A DNA stretch of 63,008 bases, filler included, from Basidiobolus ranarum (GCA_040143965.1; 50 parts of 50 records of this genome joined end to end with filler, not necessarily neighbours in it); one strand, 5' to 3'; positions 50,441-62,758 are shown, numbered from the whole stretch's first letter. The notes: a model not told the origin generated them from the sequence alone. Program-made: numbers and translations.

Positions 50441-50540
50441 NNNNNNNNNNNNNNNNNNNNNNNNNNNNNNNNNNNNNNNNNNNNTTAATTAATTAANNNN
50501 NNNNNNNNNNNNNNNNNNNNNNNNNNNNNNNNNNNNNNNN

Positions 50541-50927
50541 GATACTGTGTTAGTGAGGGACAAATGATTGGCCTAAAAACATGTGAATGTCTTGGTTATA
50601 CATTTGATTGGGTAAGTTACAGTATAAATTGTTTATTGTTACACATTCAGTAATTCGTAAGTTACAAACTAGGGGATGAATTTACTTTGTCAGTTACCCA
50701 AAATTGTAATTTGGCAATACTAAATTGGGTAACTTGGTACGGGCTGGCACGATATCTCCAAAAAAATCATTGTGTCCGATTGTGGTGGGATAGTGCCATA
50801 TTGTTCCTTATAGGGTCTGCTTGAGTGTTATAGGACCCAGCCATGGTAATTGACAGATTGTGCCAGATGGTGTACTAGCAGGCTGGATCAAGCAGCACAA
50901 TCTGACCTGGTCCGACGGAACAAGTCT
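50541..50927 (+). mobile_element. TIR-X subterminal region and terminus type 2, inserted in CMC-1 transposase
   Basis: Ends GGAACAAGTCT; transposase sequence AACCTGCCAACAAAGGG resumes just after. Confidence 0.7.
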
Positions 50928-51699
50928 AATAACCTGCCAACAAAGGGCTCTTTTCAATGTGCTCACAGGCTTTTGCATTGTTTGAGCACAATAACAGCAA
51001 CAAAGCCCAATCCATGGACACAGAGTATGTACCTCTGTAATTGGACTAATTTGCTTGTGCAATAATCTGACAGTATTTTTAGGAAAGCTGCAAGACAGAC
51101 TTCTTGGTGAGATAGATGGAGATATGCAGTATTATTGTTTTAGCCACAGGCTAATCTATTCAAGCAATGATGCATCTACTTGTGGCAGGACATTTGTTGA
51201 CTGCAAGTTGGGGATATATTGGCTGAATTCTTTATGAAAATTTGCCAAAATTCAAGAACTTATTCTCATTGTGAATGGTAACAAGAGTCAGCTATTTGCC
51301 TAGTGTTGTTGCCATTCAAAATTTCTGATGTTTAGCAATTTTTCCACCATTAGTTTGCTGGTAAAGCATATTGATGTTGTAGAGTTATGTCTAATCAGTC
51401 AAGTATGTGCATATGTAGAGACAAACCACAACAAGATTCTTGTATTTTTTGATTCTCATTATGGCTGGAATACAAAGCCTAAAATATATAAATAAAGGCA
51501 TGCATATTAAGTCAAATTCCTACAGCAGTAAACCCAGTAATTTGCCATTTGAAAATTATATTTTTGCAAAAATTGCTGGATATTGAATAATGCATACTAA
51601 ATTTGAGGACCAATATTTAGCATGTATGAATACTGTTAATATACCATTAAGAAACTGCCATCACACCATCAAAATCCCTGGCAGAATGCAAGCCAACAT
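50928..51699 (+). mobile_element. CMC-1 transposase tail and 3' region
   Basis: NLPTKGSFQCAHR overlap with 42984-43025; colinear with 11835-12570 (reverse). Confidence 0.85.
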
Positions 51700-51799
51700 N
51701 NNNNNNNNNNNNNNNNNNNNNNNNNNNNNNNNNNNNNNNNNNNTTAATTAATTAANNNNNNNNNNNNNNNNNNNNNNNNNNNNNNNNNNNNNNNNNNNN

Positions 51800-52957
51800 C
51801 ATATTATCACACAAGTAAATTAGTCTCACTATAAAGGTACTTACTCTGTGTCCATGGATTAGGCTTTGTTGCTGTTATTGTGCTCAAACAATGCAAAAAC
51901 ACATGAGCACATTGAAAAGAGCCCTTTGTTTCAAGGTTGTATATTCTGGAGTCTCCTTAACCCATTGCATTACATCCATCACTGATTTTGCTGGTACATT
52001 GTTAATCAGATTAGCATATGGTAATACTGACAATTTCAAAGAGCGTCATTTTGCCGCAGGTGCACTCCATTGGGAACTCCCATGATGTATAGCAACGGCC
52101 TATAATCTCTAAGCTTTGTGAAAGATGCAGCAGGGAATGTATTGAAGACTGGCATAGATTCAGTCTATCTTCCGTAAACCCATAATAAAGTTTTTTACAT
52201 CCAATCACAAAATCTATGCACAGTTGCTGTATCTGCCAGAGATCTGCCAATGTGAGTTGATGCCATAAGAATATATTAACAATATTGATAAACATTCCCA
52301 ATGTTGCTAATACTTATGAGGCATAATTCTTTTCAAGATTCTACTTGAATATATACAAATCCAATACTTCCCGTCTTTGCATTTGAATAAGCACCTAGAT
52401 GAGTGGATACTGCAGAAGTCCTGGTAAAATATGAAGGTATCTTGATGTTTTCAAGCATATTCCCAATCAATTCAAACTTTGATCCTATCTCAAATGGCTC
52501 ATTCATATTGAATTCTCCAATACATAGTTGAGTAAGTAGTATTGGAATGTGGCTGAATAGTAAGTGCATAGTGCCTAATGAGAAGCTCTGGCTCCAGCTG
52601 ATACCCTTTAGCAATAGCAAGTTTGATGTCAGACTCACTAGTTGGTAAATAGATATCAGTGATCATGTTGAAATCTGACCAGGCTCTTGATGGTAAAATC
52701 ATAGAGCTTAGTGTTGTATTTGGACAGTAGCAATGCATATCCCTGATAGAGTAAACTCCATTGATTGGACAAAATCTACAGTAAGATGGTGCATTGTGCC
52801 CACAAAAACATCCAAGTTTACTAATGGCAGGAGTGTCACCAATACATACAATGAAATTAGCTTTCATAAAATATTCACCTATCTGAACCCCATTAGATAA
52901 CCATTCAAATTCAACAATCAAAGGCTCCAAGAAGCTATCTATAAGCACTGGTGATTT
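51800..52957 (-). mobile_element. CMC-1 transposase core, degenerate
   Basis: Colinear with 42984-44070. Confidence 0.9.
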
Positions 52958-53834
52958 NNNNNNNNNNNNNNNNNNNNNNNNNNNNNNNNNNNNNNNNNNN
53001 NTTAATTAATTAANNNNNNNNNNNNNNNNNNNNNNNNNNNNNNNNNNNNNNNNNNNNCTAACTAACTTCAAACAAAACAGTGGAGTCGATGTTATTTCAC
53101 CTTTCCCGCTCTTAGTGTCATGCGGATAGTTTTGTGAATTTACTAATCCAAACCAGGACTGAGTTAATGACTTCTATTATTGTACATGTGGGGTAATGAC
53201 TTCTAAACACCTTATAGTACCCGCTACCCATGGGTCACTAATCTATTTAGAGAGAAGTCAGTCATCATCAAGCATCAAATGGCTTTTTATGGCACAAATT
53301 CCTACATACGTTATTCAACAGGAATCTAGACTTGAGATATGACGAATATTACTGTCGGATTTACTCTAGTTCGTTGAGTGGACTGCTTTCTTGAACCCTC
53401 ATCCCAATGCTCTTCGTTACATCATCGTCAACCCAACTAAACTCTGGACAATCTATTTTCGGAACCAGAAGCAAGTTTTGTCAGGTAACTGAGGTTGCTT
53501 TTAGGATGGTGTATATCTATCATGACTTCACAATCCACAATATGAGCTCTCATTTCGTACTATTACGCATCATTTTGCATGCATTACATACCAGGGATTC
53601 CTAAGCATTTTGTGAGAGATCGTCGTATTTGATTCGAGAACCCACTGTACATCCTAAATGTGCCGTCTGAATTTGGTTTCAGTACAAAATTAATGGGCTT
53701 TGATGGTCTAAGCCTACCAAATAGGCAATATCACTCAATTAGCTCTAGCCTTGCACGAGATGTGCATTGTATAGCTATTGTATTCCCAATAAACGGAAAT
53801 GTGTAGATGGTGTTACTTCGGATTTGTGTTTGGG

Positions 53835-53842
53835 TATATATA
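53835..53842 (+). promoter_or_regulatory. Candidate TATA box
   Basis: TATATATA about 100 bp upstream of ATG 53936. Confidence 0.45.
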
Positions 53843-53935
53843 GGTGGTACAAGTAGCTAACTAACAGTAAGTCCCTCATTGAAGTTTCTCTTCCACTTCA
53901 TACAAAATCACCACAGATCATATTTACTACTTAAC

Positions 53936-54214
53936 ATGAAATCTTTCTTTGCCATCGCTTTAGCCGCTCTTGCCACCCAGATATCAGCTGCACCTGTTGG
54001 ATCACCCAGTCAATGCGAAGGCTGGGAAGTCGCTGCTATAGAGCACGCCACTGGCAATGAGGCAACATTTGCATCAAATGACCAAGTGGTCCTCAAATGG
54101 ACAGTATCTGGCTCCGAAGTGACCAACATCAGAGAGGTAGACCTTTACAGTGCTAAAACCAATGAATTCCTGCACACACAATATCGTAACTACCCAGGAG
54201 TGAGTGCCACCAGT
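53936..54214 (+). CDS. Unknown secreted protein, N-terminal 93 aa (3' truncated)
   Basis: Signal peptide MKSFFAIALAALATQISA-AP; beta-rich pattern V.LKW..VDLY. Confidence 0.78.
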
Positions 54215-54314
54215 NNNNNNNNNNNNNNNNNNNNNNNNNNNNNNNNNNNNNNNNNNNNTTAATTAATTAANNNNNNNNNNNNNNNNNNNNNNNNNNNNNN
54301 NNNNNNNNNNNNNN

Positions 54315-54612
54315 AGATAAGTTTGATGGTGAAGATTTTGCCTTTGGAAGTTCAACATGCAAATGGTGCCAGAAGACAAAGACCTTGGGGGACTGGTTAT
54401 GGGAGAAGAAACAGAGCCAAAGGGACCACCAGAAGCTCTCCTTGCCTTTAACAAGAAGCAGATGAAAGCACTCTCTACACTTTGTCTGCATCTCAGAGAC
54501 TCTCAATTGAGGCATGTACATTGAGCCAAAAGCATCCAAACTGCTTGGGGAACACTTGAAGGACTATATGAGACTAAATGTCTGCCTGATAGGTCATATC
54601 TTAGGTGAAAAT
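54315..54612 (+). mobile_element. Copia gag fragment
   Basis: DKFDGEDFA.WKFNMQM..LRDSQL..AWGTLEG.YE. Confidence 0.82.
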
Positions 54613-55471
54613 TGTTGAAGTTTATTGTCCTTATCATATTTGTTGTCTCTATCTTTATACACCTAACTATGTCATTTATCACATATAAGTTGGTTAATGT
54701 TACTTAGTCAAATATTACTTAACTAAGAATTGGAACATTTATTATATATATATGTGAATAATGTGAGAAAAAGCAGTCTCATATTGGAAATTTCAAACTC
54801 ATCCAAATTGCCGCAAAAATAACTCATTTTAATCCCACTGATGTTCTGAACACAACCCCAGTGTTAGTTTTCTGTTTTTCTACAAAAATGTATAAATGTT
54901 TGATTTCTGGACAAAAAATAATTATCTCACAAAGCTATTCACAACTCCACTTTTCTAAAGTTCCACCAAACAGCACATATTTTCCCAATAGGTTATGAGC
55001 CCAATGTTCTAACCTTTACAGCATGACAAAAACCACTACTACCACTTTTATTAACTCAGGTGTTGAATAGCTTGATGGAGAAAATTACAATTTCAGGAAG
55101 TTCAAGATGCAAATCAGGCTGGAAGACAGGGAGCTTTGGGATGTTGTCTCTGGAGATGAAAAGGAACATTCTGGCCCATCTTCATTGGAAGTTTACAAGA
55201 AAAGAGACAAGAAGGCCTTTAACATCAATTGTCAAAGTTTAAAGAACTCACAAGTTGTCAATATTCAATCTGCAAAGACTTCCCATCAAGGCTGGACTAT
55301 ATTGAAAAAGTTTTATGAAGCAAAGAGTCTTGCCAATAGACTCTTTCTCAGATAAAAATTCTTCAATATAAAGATGGAAAAGTCTGGAAGTATGGTTACT
55401 AATATTGCAAATGTGAGATCTTTGGCAAAACAACTGGAAAATATTGGTGCAACTTTACAGGAAGAAGATGT
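54613..55471 (+). mobile_element. Copia-B 5' end: LTR 54613-54990, PBS 54991-55003, gag from 55023
   Basis: TGTTGAAG..CCCAATA-GGTTATGAGCCC. Confidence 0.92.
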
Positions 55472-55572
55472 NNNNNNNNNNNNNNNNNNNNNNNNNNNNN
55501 NNNNNNNNNNNNNNNTTAATTAATTAANNNNNNNNNNNNNNNNNNNNNNNNNNNNNNNNNNNNNNNNNNNNC

Positions 55573-55812
55573 TCCATGCCCCAACCCCAGGCTGAGCACT
55601 CTCTGCAGAAAAGAGGAGGCTGGGGTGGCTGGGATGACTGCTGCTGTGATGATTGTTGTGATGATTGCTGTGATGATTGTTGTGATGACTGTTGTGATGA
55701 CTGCTGCTGGGATGATTGCTGTGATGACTGCTGTGATGATTGCTGTGATGACTGTTGTGATGATTGCTGTGATGATTGTTGTGATGACTGCTGTGATGAC
55801 TGCTGCTGCTAG
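55573..55812 (+). CDS. Secreted (Asp-Asp-Cys-Cys)n peptide precursor, copy 1 (signal peptide cut off by contig edge)
   Basis: ..HSLQKR-GGWGGW-(DDCC)x14-stop; repeat variation is confined to third codon positions; AATAAA at 55924-55929. Confidence 0.85.
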   Translation, partial: SMPQPQAEHSLQKRGGWGGWDDCCCDDCCDDCCDDCCDDCCDDCCWDDCCDDCCDDCCDDCCDDCCDDCCDDCCDDCCC

Positions 55813-56470
55813 GATCTGCATCAAATCACACCATTGGGCAAAGTTCCTTCAGCAGGCCAGCTGGAAGCAATCTTTCCAAACTCAAAGGATTTCCTTTTCT
55901 CCCCATTTTGCCAACTATTATTGAATAAATCTTTTTTGCTTGAGTCAAAATGATTGCACTTGTTTTTATATTGACCTCTTGGAAGGTTTCACTGGTTTCA
56001 AATGTAAGTCTCAAACCATTGTACCTGGTCAAATCTGAATTCTCCAAAAGTCAGATGGACTTTCAATTGATTTCTTAATTGGTTTCACTTCTGCTTAGGG
56101 TTAGTGAGAAAAATAGTAATATTCACTTGAGAAGGGGCACAAAACTGCCTATTGAAAGATGGAAAATTTTTGCATCCCTCTCTATGCTATTGCTTAATTT
56201 CTCAAATTATCTGCTGGATGGGATTGGAACCCAGCACCATCAGGGTGATCAATTTCCTCCCTGCCATTAGGCTATGATCAAGTTACATTAGATTGTGATG
56301 TGGATTCTAATTAATCACTCCACTGCTGAGCCTGGCCTCAGATAGATCTACAGATTAGGGATTGGGGGAATCCACTCAATAGCTACTTTGATCAGCTTGG
56401 CAGAGAATTTGGATGAAGTGATCTGATTATTCTTCCCATCATTTTGATCAATCTCAAGGTAGTCACAGTG

Positions 56471-56477
56471 TATAAAA
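56471..56477 (+). promoter_or_regulatory. Candidate TATA box of the DDCC peptide gene
   Basis: TATAAAA 79 bp upstream of ATG 56550, followed by a CT-rich leader. Confidence 0.55.
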
Positions 56478-56549
56478 GTGAAGCAAATGGATCCACATTA
56501 AATATCTTCTTCTTCTATCTCTCCCCAGCATCTAATTTACCTTTCCAAT

Positions 56550-56728
56550 ATGAAACTCTCCATCTCCAAAGTATCCTTGGTAACACTGTTCAGCCTTGTA
56601 TTCATAAGCAAGGTACTCTCCATGCCCCAACCCCAGGCTGAGCACTCTCTGCAGAAAAGAGGAGGCTGGGGTGGCTGGGATGACTGCTGCTGTGATGATT
56701 GTTGTGATGATTGCTGTGATGATTGTTG
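56550..56728 (+). CDS. Secreted (Asp-Asp-Cys-Cys)n peptide precursor, copy 2 (3' truncated)
   Basis: MKLSISKVSLVTLFSLVFISKVLS signal, pro-region, KR; 56618-56728 identical to 55572-55682. Confidence 0.85.
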
Positions 56729-57019
56729 NNNNNNNNNNNNNNNNNNNNNNNNNNNNNNNNNNNNNNNNNNNNTTAATTAATTAANNNNNNNNNNNNNNNN
56801 NNNNNNNNNNNNNNNNNNNNNNNNNNNNTCACCTTGATAAAAGGCTTTTGATTGAGACGCATGCAACATTTGTAATATATAAGAAATCTATGGCCGATTG
56901 GGCATACCTTGGGGAAGAATGCAGAAGGCTAGGATGTGTCACAGCTATCAGGCGGTCAAGAGGAGGGATACTCACAGAGAGGCAAAAGCTTGAAAATGAC
57001 ATTTATATTTAGAATGTGC

Positions 57020-57826
57020 CACTCAATCCAGCCTGCTATCTCCCCTTCTGGCATGATCTGTCAATTGCCATGGCTAGGTCCTATAATGCTCAATCCAAAA
57101 CTATAGCAAACAATATGGCACTATTGCACCACAGTTGGTCATAATGATTTTTTTGGAGATATCATGTCAGCCCATAACAAGTTATTAGTGTTATAATGCC
57201 CAATACAGATCTTGGGTTACTGACAATTCAAGTTCATCCCCTAGTTTATAACTTACTAGTTATTGAATGTGTAAAAACAGACAACTTATACTATGACTTA
57301 ACCAATCAAATGTATAACCATGACATTCATATGTTTTTAGGCCAATCATTTGTGTCTCACTTACATAATATGTGGATCTTCAATTGGGCCAATGGCACCT
57401 GCAGGAGGAAACATCAGTTGTTTTAGCACATTGGTGACAAATCATAGCAATCAATGATTGTTCAATCTGCAGTATGATGGAAATGACCAGGATTGCTTTA
57501 TTCATCAGTTTAGATCAGCAAATTATTCATTTAATTATGTAAGCTGCTAATTGGGTGAGAATATGAACAGATTGAGCCATATCAAGCCAATAGAGCTGCA
57601 CAAGCTTTCCATTGACAGACAGTTTTCATTTAATTCTAGTGAAATTGCTTGTAATAATAGGCTATCTTTAATTCTTTTGATATATGTCACTTTCACATAT
57701 CAGTGTTTCATATAGACCCAGGCAATTGTGATCTAACTAAAGCAATTTATGCTATATTTAACTGCAATCCATATCAATTACACATGATGTGCTAAACAGT
57801 AAAGATAGGATAATATAAGTATTAAC
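57020..57826 (-). mobile_element. TIR-X internal sequence, diverged copy
   Basis: Reverse complement aligns to 15790-16368 and 50541-50900. Confidence 0.65.
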
Positions 57827-57985
57827 TGTCATGATTCTGATCTAGGCATACTGATCCACTGCACATAGAACTCTTCTATTATTAGAATATGACATCATAT
57901 CTACTACGCCATCCCTTTGTCACAATAAGGAAGTGGAGAAGGACTGGGAACAATGACAAGAGGCTAAAAGGCAGGAGAGTACTTG
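57827..57985. repeat. Gypsy-C LTR start (plus, 57827-57917) interrupted by an opposite-strand Gypsy-C LTR end (57918-57985)
   Basis: TGTCATGATTCTGATC then TGTCACAATAAGG. Confidence 0.85.
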
Positions 57986-58085
57986 NNNNNNNNNNNNNNN
58001 NNNNNNNNNNNNNNNNNNNNNNNNNNNNNTTAATTAATTAANNNNNNNNNNNNNNNNNNNNNNNNNNNNNNNNNNNNNNNNNNNN

Positions 58086-58935
58086 TATTATGACTCTTGT
58101 ACCATTCAGGAGGAGGAAGATATAGTTGATTAAAAATATTAGCCAGCAAGCCTTTCCAACAGTATATTTGTTTAGTGAGAAACCATCCAGAGCCAATGCA
58201 AATGCATGCTCATACATGTTCATAAATAAACCTTGTCTTTTTAGATTCTGGTAGTGATATCCATCAAGTATATTGGTAATACCATCAGCTTTATGGCAAG
58301 TACTTTGGTATTGGATCAATGATCTATATTTGGGTGATTTCATCAAAACTTTAGGATGGGGAATCAATGGTATGTAAGCCAAATATGAATGATATTTACC
58401 TGATTCAGTGATTGCTAATTGTGTGCAAACAGTACATGACTTCAGGTTTTTCAGATCACTGGTGAAAGCCAAACAACCATTTCAACATGAAAGCAGTTTA
58501 ATTACTAAAGGATTACAAGTCATACAATTGACAAGTGCTTTCCACTTGTACCAGGCCTGTGGCAAGCACCGGTTGCCAATTAACTGCAATAAATGTGTAA
58601 GAAAGCCAATAAACACCTGGTTGATAAGATTGGATTGAACTCTCCACTCCTCAATAATCAAAGACACTTACTTTACAGTAAGTGTTATGAGTGGACTATT
58701 GTTTGCCAATAACAAAGAGTCCATAACAAAACCATTGTCTTCTTCTTCAACTTCTGAAATACTACCATTGGTAATAGAATAACCATGGTCAACATCTAGC
58801 AGCAAGTCCTCAAAGTTGTCTGGACTTACTGGTTTAACCAAAGTTGTAATTTGACCTACATCACTCTGGTCATATAACTGTGATAACTCCATGGTATCTT
58901 GACTTTTTGCAGTGTTACCAAAGCTTTAAGACAAA
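58086..58935 (-). mobile_element. CMC-1 transposase N-terminal region up to the first catalytic Asp
   Basis: CxxC (SCTVCT), ILDGYHYQNL, AFALALDGF, CW. Confidence 0.88.
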
Positions 58936-58946
58936 CTACCATTGGT

Positions 58947-59241
58947 CCCTAACAGAAATTTGAAGATTGTTATTGTAGGAAACCATCACAATTTTAATCC
59001 ATTTGGTATTGACCATTTACTTACAGTCATAAAATTGTCAAGTTAGATTTGATATTAATCAATTTTTTCAGTTTCAGTAGTGAAATTTCAAGATCTAGCA
59101 AAATAGTTGAGCATGATTGGCTAAAATCTCAGAGAACTATGGATCAACACATGTGCAAGAAACATAACTCAAATTTTACACAATTACCACTTGAATACTA
59201 ATTTGTCACCTTTGAAATCCCTAGTCTCTTTGATATATTCT
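58947..59241 (-). mobile_element. CMC-1 left terminus, nested in or next to another copy
   Basis: CCCTAACAGAAATTT at 58947. Confidence 0.82.
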
Positions 59242-59341
59242 NNNNNNNNNNNNNNNNNNNNNNNNNNNNNNNNNNNNNNNNNNNNTTAATTAATTAANNN
59301 NNNNNNNNNNNNNNNNNNNNNNNNNNNNNNNNNNNNNNNNN

Positions 59342-59763
59342 GATAGCTGGAAGAATGTTGATTCAGCAACACAAATACAATGGTGGGCTTTGATGGAGAT
59401 ATTGATACAAACTTGTGTTGGGTATGAGCTAAACCTTGGGTATGAAAACTCTATAACAATATTCAGGAGAATATATCAAAGAGACTAGGGATTTCAAAGG
59501 TGACAAATTAGCATTGAAGTGGCAATTGTGTAAAAGTTGAGTTATGTTTTTTGCACATGTGTTGATCCATAAGTCTCTGAGATTTTAGCCAATCATGTGC
59601 AACTATTTTGCAAGATCTTAAAATTTTGCTCCTGAAACTGAAAATATTGATTAAAATCAAATCTAACTTGATGATTTTATAAAGGTATGTAAATGGTCAA
59701 TCCCAAATGGATTAAAATCAAGATGGTTTTCCTACAATAACAATTCTCAAATTTCTGATAGGG
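59342..59763 (+). mobile_element. CMC-1 ORF2 tail and left terminus, inserted in a Copia
   Basis: Ends AAATTTCTGATAGGG. Confidence 0.82.
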
Positions 59764-59765
59764 GA

Positions 59766-60497
59766 ATGAGCATAATTGATCAAAAATTGGGCCTGATACC
59801 CTCAGATCTGTGTGGCCCAATACAGACAAAATCCTTAGGCGGAAAAAGATATTATATGACCTTAATTGATGATAAGACAAAGTATACTTGGGTGCACTTT
59901 CTGGCCAGTAAGGATGAAGCCTTTGCTAACCTCAAGAAGTTCAAAGCAATGGTGGAGACTGAAACAGGTCTAAAGATTTAAATTATCTGTACTGATAATG
60001 GAGGGGAATATGCCTCAAAACTCTTCTCTATTTTCTGCTCAACACATGGGAAAAAACAGCAGACTACAGTGCCATATTCTCCACAGCAAAATGGAGTAGC
60101 AGAACATGCAAACAGATCAATAATGGAAAAGGCTAGATCAATCCTTTATGATCAATATTTACCAAAATAGTTCTGGCCTGAATTGGTTGCAACTGCAGTA
60201 TATATTAGGAATAGATGTCCTTATAGGTCTCTATTAGCTATGACACCTTATCAAGCTTGGTTTGGAAGTAAACCTGATGTGGCTAATCTCAGAGTTTTGG
60301 AAGTACCACATATGCAATGATTCCAGACCAGAAGAGATCAAAATTAGACCAAAAAAGCCAGAAATGTCTTTTTTTGGGATATTGTGATGGAACAAAAGGG
60401 TACAGGCTATATGACACTGAAAATAAGAGGCTAATCAAGTCAAGGGATGTGGAATTTGTGGAAGAAGAAAAATATTCAATCAAAACAATCCAATATC
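59766..60497 (+). mobile_element. Copia integrase
   Basis: SDLCGP, IDDKT, TDNGGEY, PYSPQQNGVAE, KLDQKSQKCLFLGY. Confidence 0.93.
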
Positions 60498-60597
60498 NNN
60501 NNNNNNNNNNNNNNNNNNNNNNNNNNNNNNNNNNNNNNNNNTTAATTAATTAANNNNNNNNNNNNNNNNNNNNNNNNNNNNNNNNNNNNNNNNNNNN

Positions 60598-61720
60598 GGC
60601 TACAATCTCAGAGAACTATAGATCAACACATGTGCAAAAAATGTAACTCAAATTTACACAATTACAACCTGAACACTAATTAGCCACCTTCAAGATTCCT
60701 AGTCTCTTTGATATATTTTCCTGAATATTTTTATAGAGTTCTTCATACCCAAGGTTCAGATCATACCCAACACAAGTTTGTATCAATATCTCCCTCAAAG
60801 CCCACTATTGTATTAACGTTGCTGAATCAACATTCTTCCAGCTATCTGGCATATACCCTGCAATATGGAGCCACTTTAGATTAAGTTCTTCCCAGATATC
60901 TGCATGGTCCACACCAGACTGAATATCAAGTTGAACGTTCATCTTCTGAAGCCACTTTCTGCATACTTCCACTGCATTCTTACATTCATACTTTTGAAAA
61001 TACTCCTGAAGCACTTTGACTATTTTTGTATGTCCTTGAGGTGTGACACTACTGAGGGTCCTTTGCGGTGCTTATGCATCTTTTTGCTTGCCTTTAACTT
61101 TGGGGCTAATTTCAACACTTTCAACAGTACCAGTTAAGGTTGGTGAGCCATGAGTTCTATTTGCTGGTATTTTGGCTTGTTCAGAGGTGCCAGGTATTGG
61201 ATAAACTTCCAAATTTAGCACTCTTCCAACTGGTGAACCTAGTTCCATCTTGAATATAAGCTTTTTTGCCAGTATATCTGACTCTAGAAATACAGAGCTT
61301 TGTAATGGGGTGATGAATTTAGTAAGTGGGACAGTAGAGCCTTAGCTCACTGGCTCCTTTTGCTTTTCCCTGGGGTTTACTAACTTCCTGCTCCTTCAGT
61401 ACTTCTTTAGCTGCTTTTCTTTCTTTTCCAAGTTGATATTTCTATACATTTTTGAGATGCTTCATGAGTAGGCCTATACCAGCCCAATTGCCATTTGCTT
61501 GCAAAAACTCAGGATCAGCCACATGAAATAAGTCAAGAACCTTTAGAGTAAGGCCTGGTTTTTGATTTTTCCTGATTGGCAGAGATCCAGGTGATTTTGA
61601 GCAAGATTCTGCAGATTTCCAAAGTGTTACACTACTCATCATCAGAGCAAGTGTTGGCAGCTCTGACATTCAGAGTCTTTTGGTTTACCGGTTTGCTACA
61701 AGATTTCTGCTTTCATGCCT
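60598..61720 (-). mobile_element. CMC-1 ORF2 central and C-terminal region
   Basis: Bridges the 22794 end (GSTVPL) to the 61939-type sequence (PVGRVLNLEVY) in one frame. Confidence 0.85.
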
Positions 61721-61853
61721 AGTTTTCGACAACAAAATTGGTTAATCCGAGCCNNNNNNNNNNNNNNNNNNNNNNNNNNNNNNNNNNNNNNNNNNNNTTA
61801 ATTAATTAANNNNNNNNNNNNNNNNNNNNNNNNNNNNNNNNNNNNNNNNNNNN

Positions 61854-62758
61854 TGTCCCACTTACCAAATTTGTTGCACCATTATGAAGATCTGCATTTC
61901 CAGAGTCAGATATACTGGCAAAAAAGCTTAATTTCACCATGGAACCAGGTATACCAGTTGGAAGAGTGACAAATTCAGAGGTTTATCCAACAACTGGCAC
62001 CTACCAACAAGTCAAAACACCAGCAAATAACACTCATGGCTCTCCAACCTCAACTGGTACTTTTCAAGGTGTTGAAATTAGCCCCAAAGTTAAAGGCAAG
62101 CAAAAAGCCGCACAATGCTGCAAAGCATCCTCAGTAGTGTCACACTACAAGGACATATAAAAATAGTCAAAGTGCTTGAGGAGTATTTTCAAAAGTATGA
62201 AGGGAAAAATGCAGTGCAAGTATGCAGAAAGTGGCTTCAGAAGAAGAACATTCAACTTCACATTCAGACTGATGTTGACCATGCAGATATCTGGGAAGAA
62301 CTTAATATGGAGTGGCACAATATTGCAGGGTATCTGCCATATAGCTTGAAGAATGTTGATTTGGCAACATTAATACAAAGGTAGGGTTTGATGGAGATAT
62401 TGATACAAACTCATGTTGGATATGAGTTAAACCTCATGTATGAAGAACTCAATAAAAATATTCAGAAGAATATATCAAAAAACAAGGGATTTTGAAGGTG
62501 ACAAATTAGTGTTGAAGTGGTAAATTTGTAAAATTGAGTTATGTTTTTTGCACTTGTGTTGATCTGTAGTTCTCTGAGATTGTAGCCAATCATGTGCAAA
62601 TATTTTGCAAGATCTTGAAATTTTACTCCTGAAACTGAAAAAATTGATAGAAACAAAATCTAACTTGACAATTATATGATGGTAATTGAATGATAAATCC
62701 AAAATGAATTAAAAGTGACATTTCTCCTATGATAACAATTCTCAAATTTATGTTAGGG
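61854..62758 (+). mobile_element. CMC-1 ORF2 C-terminal region and left terminus
   Basis: Ends AAATTTATGTTAGGG. Confidence 0.85.

Noticed and set aside
55516-55924. Thr/Ile/Ala-rich (minus) and Met/Val-rich (plus) ORFs
   Set aside because: Shadow frames of the DDCC repeat; only the D/C frame has a signal peptide, KR site and third-position variation
5072-56728. Functional link between the B12-dependent RNR and the Cys/Asp peptide (cobalt handling)
   Set aside because: Separate unplaced contigs grouped only by length; no linkage evidence
1169-61853. Regularly spaced TTAATTAATTAA repeats that could suggest a CRISPR-like or periodic array
   Set aside because: Always embedded in N44 flanks; artificial six-frame-stop linker between size-sorted contigs
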